A stretch of 64,000 nucleotides of DNA from contig JBLDXI010000056.1 in the NCBI GenBank assembly GCA_047495785.1, positions 496,001 to 560,000 on the forward strand, given 5' to 3'. The notes under the pieces were generated by a model. That model was not told the DNA's origin. It worked only from the letters and a program-made list of their open reading frames with translations, and ran no database searches. Each line of letters begins with the position of its first letter. Within the stretch, counting starts at the first letter, position 1. This DNA comes from Lepidodermella squamata. Lineage: Eukaryota; Animalia; Gastrotricha. Positions 11,744 to 21,922 of this stretch are shown one piece after another. The position numbers were made by a program, and so were the translations under genes.

Positions 11744-12460
11744 TCAATCAGATTGCTCTTGAAGCGACAAGTAGGCGAAGATGTGACGCAAGACTTCCGG
11801 ATCTTGCAGCGCATCCGCAGGCAATTTCAGTTGGCCAGCCAAGTGATTAGTTCCTTCAAGCAGGCGAGCTTTCAGTACCTCCAATCGCGTTTTCGTCTGT
11901 TTGGCCATCATCTTCAGCTCGTTGACCTTAGATTCCAGAATGTCATCATCGCCATCACCATCAACGATTTCGAAAACTTCCATCTGATTGCGACACATCT
12001 TTTCGACTTCTTTTTCAAACTCGCTTAGCTCAGAGTCAGGTGCCACTAGCATGAAGTCAAGCTGATTAGATAGCTGATTCATCCCTTCCTAAGAGAAGAA
12101 ATGCAAAGGAAGTAAAATAAAAATATTCGAACATGGGTTGATTTTCAAACCTGCATTTTATTAGTTTCGCCGAGAACTCCTCTAACGAGAGAATTCAAAT
12201 TAGCAAGATTGGCCTTAAGAATCTCATTCTCCCTGTTCAGCCCTTCAATGCGCTGCAATTCGGTAAAACGCAAATCTTCCTCCTGTCTCAGCGCATTCTC
12301 AGCCTAAGTTAACAGTCGAGTTGACACTCACTAACAGCACGATGAATGTATGGCGTCAAACCTGTCGTCTTTTCGTTCGCAATGCATCAACTTCGGCAAG
12401 AATGTCGGTAAGACTATCCACAAGGGTGGTAGCCTTTCGCCGAATAGCAGTGGACTCCAT
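11744..12460 (-). CDS. Uncharacterised coiled-coil protein of about 198 aa. Exons 12460-12362, 12303-12151 and 12088-11744.
   Basis: The frame MESTAIRRKATTLVDSL...RRQ/AENALRQEEDLRF...NKMQ/EGMNQLSNQ...LQEQSD stays open across two phase-0 short GT-AG introns and is heptad-rich. I do not recognise the family. Confidence 0.75.
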
Positions 12461-12670
12461 TTACAAAATCAGAACAAGATTAGATAGGTATATTCAACAA
12501 AAACTTGATCTTCAACAACTTTAAAAACCGTATTTCAGCTCTTCCACATTTTCAAATTTACCGCTCAGAGGAAGTCTTCAAGGTTATTTATTCACTGAAG
12601 GATCATAATTATTGACATAAATAAATAATGTAATATTCCATGACTTTTATTTTTCAAAGTATTTGCAGAC

Positions 12671-12758
12671 CACGTGTTGGCGCTAAGTGTTCCTCGGGTT
12701 TGCGCGATGTTCGCCGCCTGGTTCTCTCTGGCCGGGCCAAGCAAGGTTCGCCCACGTG
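12671..12758. promoter_or_regulatory. Two CACGTG E-boxes upstream of DKC1
   Basis: CACGTG at 12671-12676 and 12753-12758, both as CCACGTG, in the divergent promoter region. DKC1 is a known Myc-regulated ribosome biogenesis gene. Confidence 0.5.
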
Positions 12759-12909
12759 AGGGACGGCTTATGTACCTCTTGTTTCAACAGGTAGACTTCT
12801 CCCATGAACTACGTTACTTGAAGCTACCAAGTGAATTGGTTAACCTGAGAAACGCGTTGTTCAATTATTGTTCACTTGGTCATAGATCTTTATTTGTTGA
12901 GTTCCTATT

Positions 12910-14757
12910 ATGGCGGAAGTAATTGACAAGAAAAAGAAAAAGCACAAACAGCTGGAAGGCTCAGAACTTGCTGTAAGCGATACTGTCTTGAACAACTTAA
13001 ATTTGAAAATCCGTTTACTGTATAGGAAGCTCAGCACAACGGAACTTTCTTCCTTCAGCCGTCAGACGAACCTCCAAAGCTCAATGCCGAAGAATGGCCT
13101 CTATTGCTCAAGGTTAGCAGTTTCTTGGAATGTTTGACTTCATATCTATGCTATATTATTGTTACAGAATTTTCACAAGCTCAATGTTCGCTCAAACCAT
13201 TACACACCGCTGCCGTGTGGTTTCTCCCCATTAAAACGTCCCATTCGTGAACACGTCAAGTTTGTCTGCAGTGGATGTTGAATTGGTAAACTAAATACAG
13301 TTTTGTTATATAGGAGTGGTTTTATCAACTTGGACAAGCCAGCTAACCCTTCTTCACACGAAGTTGTCGCATGGATCAAGCGCATTCTGCGTGTTGAAAA
13401 AACCGGCCACAGCGGTACTCTCGATCCGAAAGTCACCGGTTGCCTGATTGTCTGTATCGAGCGCGCTACTCGCCTCGTTAAATCGCAGCAGGGCGCCGGT
13501 AAAGAGTACGTGTGCATCTTCAAGCTGCACTCGGCCGTTGATGACGAGAAAACTGTCGTCCGTGGCTTGGAAAAGCTGACCGGCGCGTTGTTCCAACGCC
13601 CGCCTTTAATCGCTGCTGTTAAGCGTCAACTGCGCGTGAGGACTATATATGAGGTTAAGATGCTCGAATACGACAAGAAACGTCACATGGGCATTTTCTG
13701 GGTTAGCTGCGAGGCTGGCACATACATTCGAACGATGTGCGTGCACTTGGGCTTCTTGCTCGGCGTCGGCGGTCAAATGGCTGAACTGCGACGCGTTCGA
13801 TCAGGCATTTTGTCCGAGAAGGACAGCCTCGTTACGCTGCACGACGTTTTAGACGCGCAATGGGTGCATGACAACTACAAGGACGAGTCGTACCTGCGTC
13901 GCGTTATCACGCCCCTTGAAGGCCTGTTGACCGGACACAAGCGCATCGTTCTGAAGGACAGCGCTGTGAATGCGGTTTGCTACGGTGCCAAGGTCATGTT
14001 GCCTGGTGTTCTTCGATTCGAAGATGGCATCGAAATTAATCAAGAAATCGTTCTGGTAACAACTAAGGGCGAGGCTATCGCAATTGGTAAGCTCAAACAT
14101 TTCGCCTAATCGATTTTGTATTGATGATTTTTCGGTAAATTAGCCATTGCTCTGATGACAACTGCTGTGATTTCGACTTGCGACCATGGCATTGTCGCCA
14201 AATTGAAGCGAGTGATCATGGACCGTGACACTTACCCGCGCAAGTGGGGTCTTGGACCGAAGGCCGCCGAGAAGAAGAAGTTGGTCAAGGAGGGTTTGCT
14301 TGACAAATATGGCAGGCCGAACGAAAAGACGCCCAAGGATTGGACCAAGGGCTATAAAGACCTCAGCACGTGAGTATTTCACTTTGTTTCATGATGTTTG
14401 AGGATTTTTCTGTTACTTTTTAGCGTCAAAATAACCGACGAATTGGTCGCTGAACAAAATCGCCAAGCGCTATCGGCCGCTGCTGCTAAGGACGGCGAGG
14501 CGAAGGTGAAAAAGTCGAAGAAAAAGGAAGCCGAAGCCGAGGCCGAGGCTGCTGAGGAGAACGAAAACGGCGTCGAAGAAGAAGTAGCGCCGAAAGAGAA
14601 GAAATCGACTAAATCGAAAAAGGCCGCTGAAGAGCCGCCCGCCGAGGAAGAGGAGGAGGTCGTAGAGGAGTCGCCGAAGAAGAAGAAGAAGAAGCAAAAG
14701 GAGGCGCCGACGCTGAAGAACTACGCCGAGGACGACTCGACGTCGGAAGACGATTGA
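12910..14757 (+). CDS. DKC1: Dyskerin/Cbf5 H/ACA pseudouridine synthase. Exons 12910-12972, 13026-13112, 13168-13259, 13314-14086, 14144-14369 and 14424-14757.
   Basis: [41 protein letters not shown], catalytic [15 protein letters not shown] domain, [17 protein letters not shown] and a K/E-rich tail. Five GT-AG introns of 53-57 nt keep the frame. Confidence 0.97.
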
Positions 14758-15372
14758 CATGGTTGAGCGGCTAATCTAGTGAAAATCTAGTGAAAATAAT
14801 ACTTGTATGAAACATCGTGTGCCTTCAATCTATCACCATTCCATCATTATAAAAAATCTTCTTTAACACAGCAACATCAAAGGTGCCGCCGATCTGTTGA
14901 TAGTTTGATTTGTAATAAAATCCTGTCTTTTTATTCACACCACCATATGTCTTTTGTTATTACGTGGTTTCCAGGTAGCAGGTTACAGGGGCTGAAATAG
15001 AGAACTTTTAATAGAGAACAAGGTCGATAAGAATGACAATCGCAAGTGCAGCAGTGAAACTTGGCGGAAAGCGAGAGCTCAGTTATTTCGAGTGAAAGCT
15101 TTGGCGATTGTTCTTGAAAACGTTCGAAAACTTTCGAAACTATGTAACATTTAGAAAAACAGAAGAGCAGCAGCAGCGTGGTAAGGTCTAATCAAAGCAG
15201 AAGCCAGTAAGCAGTAAGTATACGAGTAAATGCCGGCGCTGATAGCGAGAGAGCCGGTGCAAAATTATCGCGATAAACCCGAGATGGCCAACATTCAGTT
15301 TACTACTACAACTACAAACATACATCAGGCTCAAATCTACTTTTCAAAAGGTCTCTTCGCAAAACATTCTGA

Positions 15373-16711
15373 ATGTCGGACCGAATGTCCGGTGATGTAA
15401 GTTCAACTTCACATCTGTCTCAACTGATTTCAAATTATTTTTGTCATCAAGGAAGAAATTTTCGGCTCGTGTGCCAAATGTTTCTCATGCTGCTGGTGCG
15501 GTAGCAAAAAAGCCGAAGGTACAGCGGCACCCGAAACGCAGATGACATCGGTGATATGCGATCAAACCACAGATCAAGCAACCCTGCTAGCTTTCATGTA
15601 CACTCGGTACAGAGAAAAGCGGTCGTCATACAAGTACAGCGCATCCCTGTACCGCCGCCTTGATACCTTCTGCTTTTTTATCCCACTCATGATGCTTCAG
15701 TGTAGTGTATCGATCGTTTACGCTGTTGGAAATTACGACGAGGAATTCCAGCGATATTTCAGGTAATTTCTCTACGACAATTTAGAGATGTTCGAATTTT
15801 TTATTGCTGTTTCAGTGGAATCGCATCAGCAGTCAGTGCTCTGATAATTGCGATTCAAAACCGCATGAAATTCGGCGAATCAGCTAAACAGTTTCAAAAT
15901 GGCGCTAGACAATATTCCTTACTAGCTTCTGAAGCGTTCACGAAATGGCTAGCGGCTTCATCAATGACAGAGCAGCAATTCCAAGCCTTTGTCACAGATA
16001 CTGGGTTCGAAAATAAATTCGTTGAAAATTTCGCTTCATTCCACGTATTATTCTTTCAGGCAGCTGGAGAAGGAGATACAAGATACATGCCCAGGTAATA
16101 AATAAATGATGAATTTAAGCATACTAATTGAGAAAATTTTTATTTGGAAGTTCCTCCGGCTTGGGTGACCACAAAATTCGAGCGGCATCGGCTGTTGATG
16201 AAAAATGAAGAGCATGATCATAATGGGGTTGACCAAGTGATGATGTTGGGGCAACAGGCACAGGTCTTTAAATCTTTAATTTCTTTTGTTTCCATTCTTC
16301 TTTACTTCTTTATCAAGCGGGCTTTCTTATTTTGTACTATAAGTACTATTCTATAGTTTTATTTTGTAAAAATTTACTAAGTTAATGCGCTTTCAGCTTG
16401 GACAACGGGCTCGGACTAGGCTTCCTGCTGGACTGCCAGTTCGCCATCGGCCTCAGTCGCAATCAACTGAATCTATCGGCGAGGTTACGGACAGCGTACA
16501 TCAACTACCCGTTTCGCCTGTGGTGAATAGTCGAGATCCGGAGGCCTCAATGACAGTAATTGACGAAGCGTTCGATTCGAAAACGGCTGCTCAACCTGGT
16601 GCAGTCACTGCAGCAGGTGCCCGGTTAAGATTGATGCAGTCAGCGAGGCAGCAGAGCCAAGTATCAAACACTTCTAACTCGCCACCGGAAGAAGGACCAA
16701 AGCCTTTATAA
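15373..16711 (+). CDS. SLATT-like two-transmembrane protein of about 328 aa. Exons 15373-15396, 15452-15762, 15816-16004, 16060-16094, 16151-16263 and 16397-16711.
   Basis: Five GT-AG introns give one open frame: Cys cluster CAKCFSCCWC; RSSYKYSASLYRRLD, TM1 (TFCFFIPLMMLQCSVSIVYAVG), short loop, TM2 (YFSGIASAVSALIIAIQ), then NRMKFGESAKQFQNGARQYSLLASE...CPVPPAWV and a disordered tail. The gene model is firm; the SLATT assignment is by pattern only. Confidence 0.7.
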
Positions 16712-16912
16712 TGTTTCGCATTAATAAAAAGTATGAATTATTCAGGGTGCGGAGTAGTACTTGTTGTGTTTTCAGTGCGTAAATGAGCCTTTCAAGATTA
16801 AATCCAACAATAGAGCCGACGTGAAACTTTCCCACCACGCACGCGCAGCAATAACACGAGTACCGGGATAACTCCGAACCTAAAATAATATTTTGCTTTC
16901 TGCTTTGACAAT

Positions 16913-17577
16913 ATGTCGCTCGAAATATGTTTCAAAAATTGTGTATCGATATTCGGCTTTTCATTGGCCATAATTGCGCTACTGGTTAGCGATACGAGCG
17001 GCTTGTACTGCTACGTATGCAGTGGTAATTTTTCTCATTCTAGGTGAATAACGAAATATTGCCAATTTTGTTATGAAAAAAGACTGTACAACAGTGGCAA
17101 ACACTTCACTGCTGAAAGACTGTGGCGCGTATGCTGACGTGAAATGTTTGAAGACAACTCGAACCGGAACAGCCGATGGCGTTTCCAACCAGGTCAACCG
17201 GTCATGCTTGAGCGGCGTCGATGGCTGCAATAAAGAGGGCGTCCAACGATGGTTAGCTTATATATATATATATAAGAGATTTCACTCATTTTTTGAACTT
17301 TCATCCGCTTTTTGTAACAGGACCATGTACGGCACCAACAACATAACAGGTCGCAATTCTTACCTCCATTAGTCGCTTCTTAATACTTTCTTAATTTTTC
17401 AGAATACAACTGGTAAGAATGAATAAGCCGAAATTCCTTTAATTTTAACTATAATATTTTTTTATTGCAAAAACCAGTTGCTTTACAGTCGGTTGCAACA
17501 ACGCCCGAGAGATGTTGCCGAATTTTCTGGTCTTGCTGTCTATCTCTTGGTTAACTTTTCACGCCATAGAAAATTAA
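16913..17577 (+). CDS. Ly6/uPAR (three-finger) protein, probably GPI-anchored, paralog 1. Exons 16913-17024, 17083-17251, 17321-17349, 17403-17412 and 17478-17577.
   Basis: Signal peptide, LYCYVCSDC start, ten Cys ending CCFTVGCN, and a hydrophobic C-terminal GPI-type signal. Confidence 0.85.
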
Positions 17578-17727
17578 TCAATAAATTTATTAGTTCCAAT
17601 TATGATTTTTTACGCTTGTATATTTAACTGAAAAAGGTTTTCTCACGCATTCGAGGCGTGGGTGTTACACCTCTTAGACAAAGGCTCTCTTTCATTAAAA
17701 AGCTTCGAGAAACAGTATTGAAAAATC

Positions 17728-18252
17728 ATGTTAGGAGGGTTTGGTAATGTCGTTGTCCTGCTTGTGTGGCTCTCAACGATTTTCAACGTGTCGCTTGGCC
17801 TCAATTGCTTCGTCTGCACAAACTGTTCGAAAATTAGTAGTCTGTACATTCAGGATTGCGGAACAGACGAAAATGTGCGATGTTCGAAACAAGTCACCAC
17901 TGTGTATTCGGGCAACGGCTCGATAACTACAAATCGAACCTGCGCGCCAACTGGTTGCGCCGGTAAAGAAAAATGGTACAAATACGAGAAGACTAATTTC
18001 ACAGGTGAGAGAACGTATTTCGTTTTCGGCAATTTTACCTGAATTTTTCCTACCATTTCAGAATATAGCTGGTAAGTTTGACATACATATAGGTAATTGG
18101 TTTTATCACGGTATTTTATACTCAGCTGCACAGGCAATATTTGCAACGCGGCACCGATATCGATCGATTTTGATTGGGTGGTGATTGTGTCGATCACAGC
18201 TTTATTTTTGACATTTCGCGTAAAAAGACTGACCTTCGAAATAAATTGTTAA
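17728..18252 (+). CDS. Ly6/uPAR (three-finger) protein, paralog 2. Exons 17728-18004, 18062-18071 and 18126-18252.
   Basis: Signal peptide, LNCFVCTNC, NRTC and CCTGNICN followed by a hydrophobic tail. It has the same 10-nt micro-exon as paralog 1. Confidence 0.85.
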
Positions 18253-18657
18253 AATAAAGCCATGCGATCATTCAAATTTTGCATTTTATTTTTTGAAATA
18301 GCCTCTAGCCACTGTCATAGCCTCCGTTTTAATTAATTAAATATTATCATACTTTTTCGATACCACTTAATAGGGTATAATAACATTTACGATAAATGAT
18401 ACGAGCAATGTCACACGCAATAATAAACAAAAAAGCGCGACACAGACAGCAATATTTTACAAGATATTTATATACCGCCAAGTGAGCCGATCTGAGATAA
18501 AAGAGCCAATAAGTCGTCGGCGATAAATAAATTGATGTCGATAATTATTATTTAAGATGGATTTTTGCACATGATCATAGGTGATGGAGATTGAGACAAT
18601 TACTATTATCGGAGGCACACTTGCGGGCATAAATAATAATAATAATTATAATAACTT

Positions 18658-21600
18658 TCACGCGATTAAACTCGAAATCGAGTACTTGCTGAGCGTCGCT
18701 TTCACCGATGCCGAGGCCGGCGTTTGGCCGCTTTGATTCTGCGCGGATTGCACTTGGACACCGCCCTGGTGGTGCTGTTGTTGCTGCATCGGCTGTTGCA
18801 TAGTAGCCATCGCCGCCGCGAGAAATTGCGGGCTCGATCTCAAAAATCCCAACATTTGCTGCTGGTAAAACAGCGGATCCAGTGCGATCGACGCCAGTTG
18901 CTGGAGGGCGAGGGTGGACGGCGGAGGCGGGGCGGCTGGCAACACCAACGGCACATGCACCAACGGTGGCGAGGTCGCGGATCTACCCGACCCGGACGAC
19001 GTCGAAATTATCGAGGATTCATGCTGCGAATCGACGGGCGAGATCGCCTGGGCGGGTCGACCTGAGCCGGACGAGCTCGAAATGCACGACATCGGCGAAC
19101 TGGGTGATATATCGGACGAGGCATACGACGTCACGCTCGATTGATTCTGGGCATGATGTTGCTGGGCTGATGGTTGCATTATTTCCAGCTGCTCTGATGC
19201 GACGACAGGTTCGTCGTCGTACAACATTTCTAACACGAGTTGAGGCAACTCAGGGGCGGGCGAGTCGTCGACTGAGGCGCCTAGGACCCGCTCGCTGAGC
19301 TTGAGGCTGATTGCCCTTACGTCGGTGACTTTCATGAGGATCTTGGCCCAGTGGAACGGGTGGGCCGGGCGGCGACGGCCGACGTACTTGCGGAACGCGG
19401 CTAAAATGCGGTCTTGGCACGCCTCGACATTAACAGGTGCCGTCAACCCTGACCTGTCGCTCTGCATCAATAGAACAGCGGCTAATAGGGCGGTTTCAGT
19501 GGTGTCGAGGGATAGTCTCGCGATGCCAGCCGCAAGTTCGCCGATGGGCTCCATCAATGCAGCCATCGCGTCGTCGCGCGCCTGTCGCTGCCGTGCCTCT
19601 AGCAGACGAGGCGTGAAAGACGGGCGAGACGCGACTCGGAGACACAACACCTCGATACAGCCCGACCTCAGCAGCAACACCTGATCGGCGTTGTCGAGCT
19701 CGGCGAAACCTGGCAGCGACTTGGCGAACTCGACGACCTTGACAATAGCGGGTGACAGCAGCTCAGTCAATTGTCGCCAGGACTTCTTGCCATTTGGCTG
19801 TTGCTGCTGTTGGTTGCGGCGTAAATGGTCGCCCAGCTTCAACAACGCGTTCGAGTACGACTGAACAACAGCCTCGATCAGCGACTGCTCTTCATCGGTT
19901 AGATTCGTCGACGAGTTCGACTGAACCTCGTCACTGCTGATAGCTGATTGCTGATTCTGCTGCGGGCTCAGTAGTGAACTGATCGGCGGAACCTTTTCAA
20001 CACTAGGAGGCGGTGGTGTGGTCAACTGGCTGTTGTCTGTTTGGTTAGCCGATGAAGACGGGGGCCCCGAGGCGCCGGCCGGGTGATCGCCGGGCTGACT
20101 CGAGGTGCTCGACGAGTGTTGGCGCCTGCGTTCGCGATTCTGCTCGATCAGGCGCCGCTTCGCCAGTCGCTCGCCGTCATTCAGCACGAGATCAGCTGCC
20201 ATGCCTACTGTCAAGCACCTGACGTATCGGCATTGTTGACACTATATGGGGAGAAATAATTCGTATTGAAAAAAGTGGATGTATGAATTTAGGTTCGAGC
20301 GTCTCACCTGGTTGCGTGTTCGTTTATCAACACTGCATCCGCCGCCGAATTTACAGTCGTATTTGAGGTTTTTCTGAACAGTCCGCCGGAAGAATCCTTT
20401 ACAGCCCTCACATGTCATTGCGCGGTAGTGATAACCAGTCGCCGCATCCCCGCAAACAACGCACGGCTCCGGGCCAGTTGACAAATCCATATATGACGGA
20501 ATGTACGGTTGACCTTTTAAAGAAAAAACAATGATTTTATTTATTTCGTTCATTTTGTTCCGAGTCAAAATCAATCAGTTGATCAAACAACTACGCGTGT
20601 TGATTTAGGTGTTGCGGTCTTTGTGTTACACATCATGTTTGTTGCGCAGGGTGTCTAATAAACACCGCGCCAACTGCTCACTTGCACGCACGCACGTATC
20701 AAGTGTTTTGTTGTTTTTGTTGTTGTTGTTGCAGACGCGCATCAGCTCCGAGGCATCGGCACCGCCGGCCGGCGCGACAAAGGCAGTGAGAGCGCGGTGC
20801 CAAAACGGGGCTATTAGACACCGGCGTAACTGCGCCGGCGATTACACACCGGACGCGAGCAGAGCGCGCTGGTGTTGCGCAAGCGACCCAGACGCCAGAC
20901 AGACAGACAGATACAACACGGTAGGCCGTAGGGTCAGGGTCGTGAGGTCGGCTAATGAAATTTGGCCCGTCACGTTCGCCTTGCGCAACGTTGCACTACG
21001 CATACGCCTCAGTTCAGCAGACGGCCTGACCCCAACAGCCGTCGCCGCGTCTACTTTTATATGAGCAGTATAGTGACCCACATATACTATGCACGAGACA
21101 AGGACACGCCTGCGAGCGGCGGTGTCACTGCGCGTCGAGTGCGCGTAACGGCCGCCGTTGCACAACTCGAGCGTGACCTAAAATCAACAATCAGGCCACG
21201 GCGCAAATTCAAGGCCATGCGCCGATCGATCGATAGCATATCAATTACGGCAACTCACTCTAATTCTATACTTAGCTTCGGTGTATCGAAAGTAGGATAT
21301 CGATGATTGCAGAAATTGAGAGAGAATACAAGAATCGCAAAAATACCGAAAACATTAAGTTAAGATAAAGTAGCGCTTATTTGTGAGGAAAAGTTTGAAT
21401 CGATTTGGTAATATTTGGTACCAAAGATTAAAAAATCTTGAAAAGTCGGGTATAGTAATTTTGTACTCATTGTTGCGCTGGCTTTCACGGCTACGTTAAG
21501 TATTCCGCGCGCAAAAGATCAAAATAGTTGAGAATATTACCTTTCTGGCGCTTTCCATGCCTGCGCCCGGTCGATCCGCTGCTCGTTGATGCGTTCGAGC

Positions 21601-21922
21601 CGACGGGCGCCGCGGCGTTCGAGCAGTCGGAAGACGCCGCGGTCATCGGACAGTCGCCGCCGTTGGACGAAGCGTTCGACGACGCCGACGCATGTTGCCG
21701 CCTCATTTGCTGCTGCTGTTGTTGTTGTAAAAATTGCTGTTGCTGCTGGTAAGCAGCAGCATAGGCAGCAGCGGTTGGTACACCTCCAAGGTGCTGATGG
21801 TGGTGTTGTTGGTGATGGCTGAGATGATGAGCACCATTCATTTGGGCGTTGACGGCGCCTGATGGCTGGCTCTGCTGCGGCGACGCCGGCTGGTTGCAGC
21901 CGATTTGTAAGCACGCCACCAT
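18658..21922 (-). CDS. THR: Thyroid hormone receptor (NR1A) ortholog of about 723 aa. Exons 21922-21541, 20513-20308 and 20241-18658.
   Basis: [70 protein letters not shown] (T/A box), [16 protein letters not shown] and [14 protein letters not shown]-type helix 10/11. Intron phases are consistent. Confidence 0.93.

Noticed and set aside
12973-14423. snoRNAs in DKC1 coding-region introns
   Set aside because: All five introns are 53-57 nt, too short to host H/ACA or C/D RNAs.
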